NCBI GenBank assembly: GCA_000934665.2
Contig: JYFJ02004750.1
Coordinates: 45,408-65,407, forward strand
Source: Catajapyx aquilonaris
Taxonomy: Eukaryota
DNA: 20,000 nt
Direction of reading: 5' to 3'
Shown here: positions 1 through 10,845 of the stretch, one piece after another
Position numbering within the stretch: position 1 is the first letter of the stretch
Layout of the letters: each line of letters opens with the position of its first letter
Program-made: the position numbers and the translations under genes
Notes under the pieces: model-generated
The model's input: the letters and a program-made list of their open reading frames with translations, nothing else
Databases searched by the model: none
What the model was told of the DNA's origin: nothing

Positions 1-712
1 TAATAAAGCTAGTAGAACAGCCCTTTAAAAAATCATTTGAAAGAATGTAAATGAAATGTGTTTCTGACCTTTGTCAAGTCCAATGTAAAGATAGCAGCAC
101 TGGTCCTGTAAGAAAACAAGGAAAGGGCTTATTGGAATCCAAAAACGAGCACTTCTTATTACATTTTCATTTGTGTAAATAAAGAAGAGGAGTAATGAGG
201 AGGGTAACTCTCTCCCTCCACCCTCCTTTTCCCTTGGCTCCTCCCCTTTGAGGCTCCGCAGAAAAGAGCCTAATTTCCTTTCTGGGTAGGAATGCATTCC
301 ACAGAGGAAGTGTTGGCTTTGCCCATATTTCCAGCCCTGTCAGTCAACCTTTACAAAATCAGTTTCTATCTTTCGGCTGCATCTTTTCCCTCCTCCTTGT
401 TTTAATTTTTTCCACCCAAAACCAAGACAATCACTTCAGACTTAATTTTCTGCTACATACATCCACACTCCTTCATTCCATTCACCTTTAATGAAATCTC
501 TAAAGAAGAAAGCAAACAAACTTTACTGGTTGTTGTTAAGCCTGCACATGTAATCAGATCAAAATACAATTTCATTTTGGCAATCTAACTTTTGCAAGAA
601 CTGCAGCGGTACATGTATTGTGGTTTGTGTTCAAACAGTAAGAACTTGTGTAACAAGTGGCAATGTCATCAGAAATGAAGACACCCAAGGAGACATAGCA
701 TGTGGTCCTTAA

Positions 713-1260
713 CTCCTTCGCTACCAGCTAGGCCAAAAATGCCTAAATTTTGGCTTATGCCTACTCTGAAGATAAAGACAAGATATTTTACAAATAATAA
801 TAGCTATATTTAACCATTCATGGAAAACACTATTAATGTGTTGCGAACAATTTTACTCCTCTAGAAGTCACTAAATTAATTTCCATAAAGACCACCTTAA
901 AAACTCGAAAACTGTTGGCCAACTGTTAGGCTGATTTAATTATGAAATAAGCTAAGAATATCAGAAGCAACAACCCTGAGAATCGTGCCAGACTAATTTG
1001 CTGAAATCGTATATTTTAGCATATTTCATAATTAAATAAGCCTAACAGTTAACCAGTTGTAATCGAATTTCGAGTTTTTAAGGCAGTCTTTTTGGAAATT
1101 AATTGAGCAAAATTGTTCACAACACATTGAGTGTTTTCCATGAATGGGTAAATACGGGTAAATATAGCTGTTATTATTGTAAAATAGCTTGTTTTTATAT
1201 TCAGAGTAGGCGTTACAAGCTAAAATCTATGCGCTTTCGGCCTAGCTCGTAGTGAAGGGG
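713..1260. mobile_element. piggyBac-like non-autonomous MITE with long imperfect inverted arms (older copy)
   Basis: TTAA at 709-712 and 1261-1264. Ends CTCCTTCGCTACCAGCTAGGCC and GGCCTAGCTCGTAGTGAAGGGG are imperfect inverted repeats, and the arms stay complementary for over 200 bp. Aligns by eye with the element at 12655-13453. No coding capacity. Confidence 0.85.
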
Positions 1261-1945
1261 TTAATGCATGTCTATTTGTATGAATATTTTTAACAAAAAT
1301 TTGTATGTTTTTTGAATAATTACGACATGATTGCAACTAATTATTAGAAATACACTGCCTATATAATATAGTGATGGTTAGTTCCAATAACTGCTGGAAT
1401 CCCAATTATGACCATACGTGCAGCACAAAAAACTGATCCTTTCCTGTGCAAAGCATTACCTGTAGTAAAAATTATCATTCATTTCACCATAACGAGGTCA
1501 TATTAGCAGGAAGCATCCATTCTAAATTAACTGTTGCATTACAGTCTCTTTCCTGGAGAAATGAAGTGGCATTGCAGCAATATAGACAATCCATGAGTGG
1601 CAGTTATAGACTTGCCCAGCTTTCAATTCATATGGAGTTGGAGCTTCCCCAGATTTATCTCAGGTGGGACTTTCGTCTGGGAAACCATCTGGGGGGAATT
1701 AATTTTATAAAATTATTCTTGTGTAACTGACAGTTGACCCTGAATGACCATGGTCCCCTCCAGGTGATTTTACTCTTGACTTCAGAGCGTAGGAAACAAT
1801 TGGACAGGGTGCAGACATATATGCAGTATGGTGTGCAGGGCGGGAGCCCATGATACAGACACTGCACCATATCCTTCCTCCTCCACAATCGAGTATAGAA
1901 TTGTGAATGTCAGTTCAGTGATATGAAACTTTGACAGTACCAGTA

Positions 1946-2086
1946 CAGTGAAACTTACCTATAGCCAAGTTGCACTATTCTGGTTTCTGTACTGATCTAG
2001 TTTTCTTGATATACAACAGAGATACGGTACATTGAAAATCTTGTGCCATGATCAGAAACAAGTTTTGTCTTGGTAAGTTTCACATG
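1946..2086. mobile_element. Degraded small Tc1/mariner/pogo-type MITE remnant
   Basis: TA-CAGTGAAACTTACC at 1944-1959 and inverted GGTAAGTTTCAC at 2072-2083. The right terminus and TA are degenerate. Confidence 0.4.
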
Positions 2087-3104
2087 CATCCAGGATATGT
2101 TGCAGACATGACTACACAGAGTGGTCTAACAAGGTAGAAACGCTACTTATAAAAATGTGGCTTACATGGGTGATTCTAGTAGCCAGAAAGAATAATTTGA
2201 GCCTCTTGTGTAAGTTGAAAGTACTGCTACTCTTTCCATTACCAATGCCATATTACATGTCCAACAACAGCAACAAAAAATGTCATTTTTCTTTCAACCA
2301 CACACCTGGTTTTGGGCACACATTTCCAGCTAGAGGCACTTTTTAAGGCAGTCATAACTGAGGCCAATCACAATGGATTTTTTTTTCATCATTGTCAGTT
2401 TTAGGTTGAAAAAGTATACATCTACTTATAGATCTGAAAGTTGAATTTTGCCATAACAACGTGGGGTGCGGGATCGAAAGCAAACCCTGGATAAGTGGTC
2501 GCCCATTGTTAAGAGGAAACCCAGTCCGTGGCAGCCAAAAAAAGGAGTATCAGTTGACATTTTATTTCATGTCTGTGTGCGCTTGCTAATGTCATGAAAT
2601 TTTTTTGGGGTGCTCCTCAGTGTAGCTACCTGGATTACAGTTACTTAATTACGAAAATTTGCGAAGCAAAGTAGTGAAAATGAATCGCGAAGTTAGGTGT
2701 TGAAATTGTGCGCTTTTCCATTCCATCTCGATAATGACCCATGAAGTATGTCCTTCATAAATGTGAATCCATGCGTTGCGATGGTGTGCAGGGCTTGACG
2801 TAGAAATTTAAAAAATTAGTGATACATTTTGGCTATTAAAAATTTAATAGACAAAATAACCAAAAAGAAATTTTGGTTATTAAATTTTTAATAGCCAAAA
2901 TGTATCACTAATTTTTAAAATTTCTACGTCAAGCCCTGCACACCATCACAACGCATGGATTCACATTTATGAAGGACATACTTCACGGGTCATTATCGAG
3001 ATGAATGGAAAAGCGCACAATTTCGACACCTAACTTTGCAATTTATTTTCACTACTTTGCTTCGCAATTTTTCGTAATTAAGTAACTCAAATCCAGGTAG
3101 CTAC

Positions 3105-3495
3105 TGAAGCAGTAGTGGTGTAGTGGATATGGTGTCCGACTGCTAATCGGGAGGTCTTGGGTTCGAATCTCGGAGGCCTGCGATCCTGACCTTGGTTTTC
3201 TGTGGTTTCCCAAGGTCGCCCCAGGAATAATTTCCAGGATCGTACCGTAAAATAGGCCACAGCCGCTTCCTTCCTTTCCCTTCCCTGGAGGAGGTGCGGG
3301 TCAGTGGGGGATTTCTGACTCGCATCTAGCCGGTCATCTTGGCGAACGGGCCCCCTGAGGGACTGCACACGACCCCCAACCTGAGACATTGCACATGCAC
3401 CAGTGTCCCCCCCTCCTATCCCTACCCTGTCCCTGCACAATAGTGGTAATCCACTCCCCTAAGAGAGCCCATGGCTCTAGCACGGGGTATATCTA

Positions 3496-3567
<72 letters not shown>
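3105..3567 (+). mobile_element. tRNA-derived SINE with Nin/Deu-like central domain and (TAA)n tail
   Basis: A box TGGTGTAGTGG 3116-3126 and B box GGTTCGAATC 3160-3169. Anticodon-like stem-loop CCGA-CTGCTAA-TCGG 3136-3150. Core GGTTTTCTGTGGTTTCCC...AGGCCACAGCCGCTTCCTTCC 3194-3274 resembles arthropod SINE cores. Perfect 16-bp TSD AAATCCAGGTAGCTAC at 3089-3104 and 3568-3583. Confidence 0.9.

Positions 3568-3569
<2 letters not shown>
3495..3569 (+). repeat. (TAA)n microsatellite, tail of the SINE
   Basis: Uninterrupted AAT/TAA run of about 24 units ending at the downstream TSD copy. Confidence 0.95.
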
Positions 3570-3571
<2 letters not shown>

Positions 3572-4069
3572 CCAGGTAGCTACACTGAAGAGCACCCCAA
3601 AAAATTTTCATGCTGTTAGCAAGCGCACAATGACATGAAATAAAATGTCAACTGATACTCCTTTTTTGGGTATACTGCAGACTGGGTTTCCTCTGAACTG
3701 TTTAGAATATTGTCACTAACAATTGCAGCGCTCAGAGAAAAAACGGCATATCCCAACCGGAGTTCATTTTGAGATAAACGGCTTTTTGTGTTGAAAGAGA
3801 ATAGGATTTTCCATTGCGGACCAATTTTACAATTATTGGAATATGTGACTTCAGCACATGAAAGGTACAAGGAAGGTGAGTACAAAATCACTACAATCTC
3901 AAAATCGGAGGTTGGTTGGGACCTACAGTACTTTGTTGAGGATCCATTCACTGCAGCAGTTTGTTGCATGTAACAAAAAATTAATATTTTCTTTCAAGAC
4001 AATGATGGCAATGCAGTTTAGGGTTATTTCAAAGGCACTACTGCATCCACTTAAGTGAATCCCTCATGA

Positions 4070-4326
4070 ATGTTGTTTATTGGTTTATTTGGAAGAAGCC
4101 AAAGCAACTCGGGCTATCTGGCTATGGAAGAAGCAAGGGTGGGACAGATGGAGAGAGAAACGATGAGGAAAAAAGAAGAGAGGAAAGACTGGTATCTCTC
4201 TTACGGGTCTGTCTCCTATCCCAAAGACCTGTCTGACTTGGGTGGCCCTACCAGTAGACGAAGCTACCTCCGGCATAGCTCTTGGGGTCGCGGGAGAATG
4301 CAAACCCCCACCACCACGATAAGGTG
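4070..4326 (-). mobile_element. Short RTE-derived retroposon (RTE 5'UTR-like head plus pyrimidine-rich body and tail)
   Basis: Minus strand reads CACCTTATCGTGGTGGTGGGGGTTTGC...AGAGCTATGCCGG...TGGTAGGGCCACCCAAGTCAGACAGGTC, matching my recollection of conserved RTE-clade (Expander/BovB-type) 5'UTR motifs. It ends in ...AAATAAACCAATAAACAAC. No clear TSD. Confidence 0.6.
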
Positions 4327-4363
4327 AACAATTTTTGATGTGGATACATCTTTAAAATCGGAT

Positions 4364-4454
4364 CAGGGGGCATGCAGGCAAACTCGAGCGTTACAGAAAA
4401 GCGTTACAGTATATTATAACCGAGTCTGCTATAAGCGACGCCTGCATGCCCCTG
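4364..4454. mobile_element. Possible tiny hAT-like MITE remnant
   Basis: CAGGGGGCATGCAGGC (4364-4379) and GCCTGCATGCCCCTG (4440-4454) form an inverted repeat with a 1-nt indel. No matching 8-bp TSD. Confidence 0.35.
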
Positions 4455-5276
4455 CCATTATAGTCAAGAAAAGTGAAACCCAATGTAGGTTGAGCCTGAA
4501 AAAGCTGCGTCTTGTGTCCCCGACACAACCTAATGTAATTTTTTGTTACACAAATGTTTCAAAAGCTTTACTTAGCATAATGCTGAAAGAACACAATCTC
4601 ATGAATCTCTTGTGTGGTATCAACTATTAACAATAGCATTTGACTTTGAATGCACCTCAGCTGCAACACAAAATGAAATTTACCATTTAAATTTTACAAA
4701 AGGTGCCCTTAATATTTGCATGAAAATGGTAAATTTCTGCGTAACCAAACACTCCATGGCACAGAAAGATGGAACTGAACACCCCCAATATCAGGCCTCT
4801 GAAGTAAAAAGAAGTCTGTAAATCCTGGCTGGTTTTGTGTATGGTATGTTAATCTGGTTCTCACAAAACAAATGCAAAGTGAGGAATAAAAGTCAGCAAA
4901 CAATCTGCATGAAGTAAATAGAGTGTTAATATTTGAAAGAGCAGAGAAGCAATAATGGGCGCCTCACAATGCAGGAGCAAACACAAAATTTCAATTGGCA
5001 ACAATTTAGGTTCACTCTATGATGCACTTAGCTTGTGGAACAGCATGTAACCTAAATATTTGCAATTGAGTGGTGGGCAGAATGGAGGTTTGGTGACTCA
5101 ACCCCTGAGGTGTCGATTGCAGGTTGAGACTACGTAATTTCTAACGAAGATTTTGATGTGTTCTGGGTTCATTGGATAATGTCCAGCTTCTCCCATTGCT
5201 GCCCACAGTCAAAATCTATTTGGGTGTAGGGCCTTAACCGACTGGGACACAAGTCTCTGACAGTCAAAATCTATCA

Positions 5277-7065
5277 AGGGTCTCCAAGGAAGATCGAGAG
5301 GACATGGACGCAGCTAGAGCTGACGCTGGGGGAGTGGGGTCCGGGGGGCAGGGCTGCACTACAACTCCAGAGTCAGAGGGGCTCTTCCTCCCCTACCATC
5401 TGGCAGTCAGGGAACTGGTGGTGACCTTCCAGGGGGAGCGGGTGACTTTGGGCAGGACTGTCAGAGTCCTGGGCCTCCATCTAGATCCCCACTTGACCTG
5501 GGTCTTGCTGGCATAGTGACAGACAAGGTACGGGGGCTGGCAGCTAGGATTTGGAGAGTGGCAGGGCTCAATAGGAGGCACCTGGTGTTGTGGGAAGCCA
5601 TTCTGCCAATGTTGCTGTTCGGATCAGAGATGTGGGGACAAGCCACCAAAGGCCCATCCAGTCCAACCTTCAGGTTCTCCTGGCAACTACGAGAACATAC
5701 AGGATGACTCCCAATGCTCTGCTGAATGTGTTAGCTGATTGCACGCCTCCAGACTTCCAGGCTTGGACCAGATATGAAGCCCACTAGGCTTCCAGGTGCA
5801 GGAGGCCGAGGGGACATCAGTATAGTTCCCCCCTGCCAGGAGCAGCTGGACATCGGGGTGTGGACCAAGTCTCCGACCAGGGGGGGGTGTACTGATCTTC
5901 TCCGATGGGTCCATAAAGAGGGGCTGCAAAATTGGTGGGGCCATGGTGAGCATCAGTGGGAGGGGCGAGGAGTTGTTCGTGAAATGTATCTCGTTCCTGC
6001 CAACACCAGGGATCTACGAAGTGGAGCTGCACATGATGGGGAGGGCCATAAAGGCATTGGCGTCAATGCACCTTATCGGGATAGAAAGGCGTGGATAGCA
6101 TCCAATTCCATGTTGGAACTACAGACAGTGGCCAGCTGCAGAACTTACTCGATGGTGGCGCCCAGGACATGGGGGTTCCACAGAACATTCCGGCGGCAGT
6201 ATCACTTTGCTGGGTTAAGGTGCATGTTGGGGTACCTGGGAACAAGTGGGCCGACAGCAAGGCGAGACGGGCAGCAAATCTGGCGGTGGGCTGGGCCTTC
6301 CTGCTGGCGACTGAAGCAGCCATGGTCAGATGTTCTCAACTACAGTCCTTGATGAGCTGGCAGACGAAGTGGGATGCAGCCAGGGGCAAGTGGTACCACA
6401 CCTTCCTCCCAGGAGTGAAGAACAGGTTCGGCACATGCATGAGCATGTAGCCCGGATCGCTTCAGATGGAGAGTGGGGAGCAAGGAGGTAGCTAGATGTC
6501 CATATGGCCAGGGATGACTGGATGCAGCCCATGTGGTGTTGCATTGCACTATCCCGGAGGTGCTGTGGGTCAAGAGTCCATTTAGGAGAGCAGTGGTCTC
6601 CAGGGGCCTTGGCTGGCAGTGCTCCAGGATCGCTGTCACGACGGATCTCCAGCTGGACTTAAATTCATTCTGTTTAGCAGTGGATAGGGTCTTAGCAGAG
6701 TTAAACAGGTAGTAATCTTGCTTCACTGACATGGCTCTCTTGCCTTGGTTTGTCTTGCGCATTTAGATAAGTTACATTTGTTGCTAGAGTAAACAGATTC
6801 AGTAGACCCATACGCATATCAATGCTGATTTTAAACTAGATATGTTCTTATTTACTTGGATGTTATTAGGGAATAACTCACATTGGTATATAAATCGTTC
6901 CACACTGTTTGTAATAGGACCTAGGACTCACATTGTAAACCTGACTTCCTGTGACATTTTGTTTCATTCGGTTTGTACCATTGTGAATAAAGAGTAGGGG
7001 GAATGGATGATGAGTTGGGTAGAGGGCCTTCATAGGCTAAATTACCCTAATCTGACATGAGCATT
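5277..7065 (+). mobile_element. 5'-truncated, frameshifted non-LTR retrotransposon (I group, R1/LOA-like): end of RT, RNase H, C-terminal Zn-knuckle remnant, 3'UTR
   Basis: Peptide remnants in shifting frames: VRVLGLHLDPHLTW (RT C-terminal), AILPMLLFGSEMWG, TYRMTPNALLNVLA, LIFSDGS and WVKVHVGVPGNKWADSKAR (RNase H), WQTKWD, HVVLHC. Perfect 15-bp TSD AGTCAAAATCTATCA at 5262-5276 and 7066-7080. Confidence 0.88.
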
Positions 7066-9337
7066 AGTCAAAATCTATCAGAAACATAAGTAAGTCTATA
7101 AAAGATGCCCTAAAAGAACACAGCCATTAAATTATTATTAGCTACTGTGCCAACCACATTTACTTGATGCACACAAAGTCTGAGAGTTCAAATCCTTTGA
7201 ACAAATTGTAATTTAATGACAACATACAATGCTGAATAATAACCTAAAAAAACTCCCTTCTGACAGATAATTACAGACTATGCAGGTTGCAGTTAGTTGC
7301 ATTGTGCAGCTACTTTCAGTCTGCTGAATATTCTGACCTCACAAAATTGCAATCCTGCAACCAAAGGGTACTGTCATCCTAATAATGTGTGCATACTTGT
7401 CCAATGTTGAAAGCAATTGTTGTCATTGGGACGTCAGTACCCTTCTCTGGCCGCAGCACGTCTAGGTTCACGTTAAACCCCGCCACGTGCGTCCTGCAGG
7501 CCAGCATTACAACCATCAAAAATAATTGCCTTGTGTCACCCCATAAAGACTCGCCGCACCAGACCAAGCCTGGTTCCGTTACGTCCAAACCAGGCAGCTG
7601 GTGGGTCCGACTGTGTGGCGCCCACCTAGGCAAGCCTTACCCAGACAAGTCCGGCGCGTCGAGCTGTCGCCTCCAGAGATCCAGTCCACGAGAAGACCGC
7701 TCCAAAACGAAACCGGTCTCAGCGAGGACCCATGCGCCAACCGGCCATCGCTCACATCCACAGCCCCTACTCCACTCGGAACAGTTCTGACCCACACACA
7801 ACAACACCACGCGCTTTATCAATCCAAGTCGGTGCCAGTCTCTACAAAACCGACACTAATGTTCTCGTACAATTGGGCAGTAGAAAAGTTAAGCGCTGAT
7901 TCACGGATGCCTGCAAAGGAGTAAAAACCGTGAGGCGGCCATGACTGTTCAGCAGATGCAGAAAGGCCAACCGAATGCGGCTGGAGCTTCGCAATGAAAC
8001 CGCTTCGTAACAGACGGCGCCATATGCTGATGTCCTGCGAAACTGCAGCTCGTACTTTTTCCCTAATTTTCTTTTTTGGCGAAAATTCGATGTCGAAGCT
8101 TGACTTTTTTTTATGGGTGCATGTTCAGGGAATGACACGGCAGAAAAATGCACATTGCAGAGGCAGACGTGCCACTGTAACAATGTGCAAAAATCTGCGA
8201 GCCATGGGGAAAACCTCATGGGCACTCCTGACAATTGGGCCAATATATCAAACCATAACACTGTAACAGTCATTGTCTTGCTGCTTACCCAGCATCTAGT
8301 TCTACTCACTAACATATTGCAGCAAATTATTTGCTGGCCCCACAGCAATGCCAGGCTTGTATGTAGCTTGAACATCACCACCATCAGCGAGTTTATGCAG
8401 CCAATCAGTAACAATTGGATACCGGTACTGGTGGCACATGAAACATACTTACATCAACTTATGCCAAGAAGGGCTCTGAGGAAATTGCAATATACCGGTA
8501 GTTAGTTGTTGCTACAGAGCATGCAGATGCACATGCACTTGCCTTTATGTGTCAGGCAATTCAAGCTGATGCACACCCATATGATGCAAATACCTCTTCC
8601 TCCCCAGGTCAAGGGTGGTCTCCAGTAACCCCTATTAGTGTTGAAACCTGGAGAAAAATGTAGCAGGTGAGAGACCTGCAAGTGATTGGTAATGGGGAAG
8701 TCTCATAAGGATAACATTATGGGCTGTGACTAATTTCATTATAAATGAAATGTACGTAAATTCTGGAAGGTTCCAAGCATTTTCTGTGGCCATTTCAAGC
8801 CCAGGAAAAATGGAAAAATCTCTTTCACTTGAAAATTTAATACACAAAATAGTATACTTCAGTTCCAATCATAATTCCAAGGGTTGCATCAATAAATAAT
8901 ACTCGATGACATCATGACGCTCGAGCACCAGACTTGTAAGACGACAACTTTGGTTGAGGTGGGCTTGGAGAGCAAGTGTCTTGTAGTGTTCATACTGTTT
9001 GGTAGATGTTGGCTGATGGATGCTATCCAGTTGTAAATAAATAGGACGTCACTCTTCTGACATCCTGAAGGGTTCTGCCTGTCACAACTGCATACCACAT
9101 GTTTCATGAATGGATTCACACCTGTATCGGAAGGACAAACAAAAATAATTTCTCACTAATCACAATAATATATTTTCAGCCAGGATATTATTAATAATAA
9201 TATTGCATGATCTGTAGTTGTTGTTTACTTAAATATTTAGCTCCCCAACTGTGAAATCAGGTTTGGAAATCATAAATTTGAAGTTTGTCAAACTCCAATT
9301 GGTACCAGAAGGCATGGGGATTTTTTTACTATTAATA

Positions 9338-9878
9338 CAGGGTGATCCAACTCTATGGCACCAGTAGTTATTGAAAAAATCGCGCAAGCGGCTTGTTTAT
9401 AAGCAAGTCGTTGCTAAGAGATGCTTTCTGGCTCTTTCTGGAGAATCGGGAATAGCACCTGCTGATATTAGGTCCAATGGCCATGTAACAATAATATTTT
9501 ATTTGCTGGTAACTAAACAACGCTGCCTGTTGACCTGTCTCAGTTTTGCCAACTGCGGCCAACAATGAACAGACCAGAAGGCCTATTTATTGACACACCC
9601 GAGTCTGTCCAGTTCCGACGGATTGGGCCTGTGGTTTGGCAGCTAGTGACCTCATGTGAAACCCTCCAGCGAACACCAGAACAGGCCTGGTTCCCACGGA
9701 TGACCCTTTTTTCCCTCATTAATATTGTTACATGGGCATTGGACCTAATATCAGCAGGTGCTATTCCCGATTCTCCAGAAAGTAACTCTTATTGATCTCT
9801 TAGCAACGACCTGCTTATAAACAAGCAGCTTGTTGATTTTTCCAATAACTGTTGGTGCCACAGAGTTGGATCACCCTG
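9338..9878. mobile_element. Tc1/mariner-superfamily MITE with inverted arms of about 155 bp
   Basis: TA-CAGGGTGATCCAACTCT...AGAGTTGGATCACCCTG-TA. Arms about 9338-9495 and 9721-9878 are complementary, e.g. GGAGAATCGGGAATAGCACCTGCTGATATTAGGTCCAATG and its reverse complement. Confidence 0.88.
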
Positions 9879-10626
9879 TATGTAAACCTTTGTGAAAATG
9901 ACACATGACAGGCAACATTAGAGTTGCATAATATTAAATAAAACTGACAATAATGAATTCAATGTGGGTGCATTACTGGATTACACACATCGTACTACCC
10001 ACTGAAGGAATACGTTAATGTGGAACCAGACAATCATTAATTTTATATGCAATTTGCAAACCTGACAAGGGAACTTCACGAATGTGCAAATGGATTTGCT
10101 GAATGAAACGTGGCACAATAATAGAGACAGGTAAGTTATTCACCAAATGTAAACAGTTTCAGCTGAGCGATGCAAGGTCAAAAGTTATGACAGCTCGAAG
10201 TCATCCCGGACAGCTTACCTTACGAGCAACATTTGAGATATTGCGGAGCCCCACCGCCTCGCAAAGCGAGTATTCTATAATAAATGATCACTCCTGCAAA
10301 TTCATCTGTATGTTTATTGTGGAACCATGTACACATTCGAAATCCCATTAATTGACTCTCCAGTGTTCAGTATATGTATGCAATACATTGCCACATTTGA
10401 ATGTGAGGGCACAGGAATGAGTAGAAATGAGAATTTACTATAATTCTTATCAGATCTGGGCTCTAATATGAAACATGCAATGTAATGTATACCACATTCT
10501 TCTCTCATACCTGAGTGACATAAAGCAACACTCAGCTGCCACAAGTATTCTGGGTTCTCTACCCCAAACGACATTGCCACCTTACCTATCCAGAAAAAGG
10601 GTTGTCAAGTTATTGCTTGGCTGGAG

Positions 10627-10765
10627 TCATACCCCTGGCTTGAACTTGCAAGCAACCATGACCCACACACTGTTTACGACCTCTGGGAAGGGGTGGATGG
10701 TGACACGAAGTGCCATCACCAAAGGGTCACCTCGGCAATGTATCACACCTTGGCAGACAGAATCC
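10627..10765 (-). CDS. CEP76: Centrosomal protein of 76 kDa, coding exon 3 of 3
   Basis: DSVCQGVIHCRGDPLVMALRVTIHPFPEVVNSVWVMVACKFKPGV* matches the CEP76 C-terminus (CRGD...WIMFACKY type). Phase-2 intron 10766-10845 (GTATGT...TACAG) joins in frame. Minus-strand AATAAA at 10313-10318. Confidence 0.88.
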
Positions 10766-10845
10766 CTGTAATGGATAACAATAATTGGCTCATTGTAACA
10801 GAAGTTTAACAATGTTCATTATTCATTAAAAATATAACTACATAC

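Larger units (their letters stand above)
2513..3693. mobile_element. Palindromic (foldback) non-autonomous DNA transposon, Kolobok-like, interrupted by a SINE
   Basis: Left arm about 2513-2857 is the reverse complement of 2870-3104 plus 3584-3693. Flanks are TTAA (2509-2512) and TGAA (3694-3697). Termini GAGG...CCTC (RR...YY with a TTAA target) fit Kolobok better than piggyBac; the superfamily is inferred. Confidence 0.8.

Noticed and set aside
3109..3180. tRNA-Ser(GCT)-like gene
   Set aside because: No proper acceptor stem or long variable arm. It continues into a SINE body, tail and TSD, so it is a SINE head.
5774..6450. 192-aa and 119-aa plus-strand ORFs as host genes
   Set aside because: They are frameshifted pieces of the decayed retrotransposon RNase H region.
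8141..8198. Hairpin TGCACATTG...CAATGTGCA as a pre-miRNA
   Set aside because: Short bulged stem with a 4-nt loop and no recognised seed; insufficient support.
7842..8505. Overlapping 190-aa and 130-aa ORFs
   Set aside because: No recognisable motifs and atypical composition; consistent with chance ORFs.
10581..10590. Donor-like GATAG|GTAAGG about 40 nt after the CEP76 stop as further polycistronic splicing
   Set aside because: CEP76 has a canonical AATAAA at 10313-10318 and no clear partner exon was identified. Worth checking only if RNA-seq is at hand.
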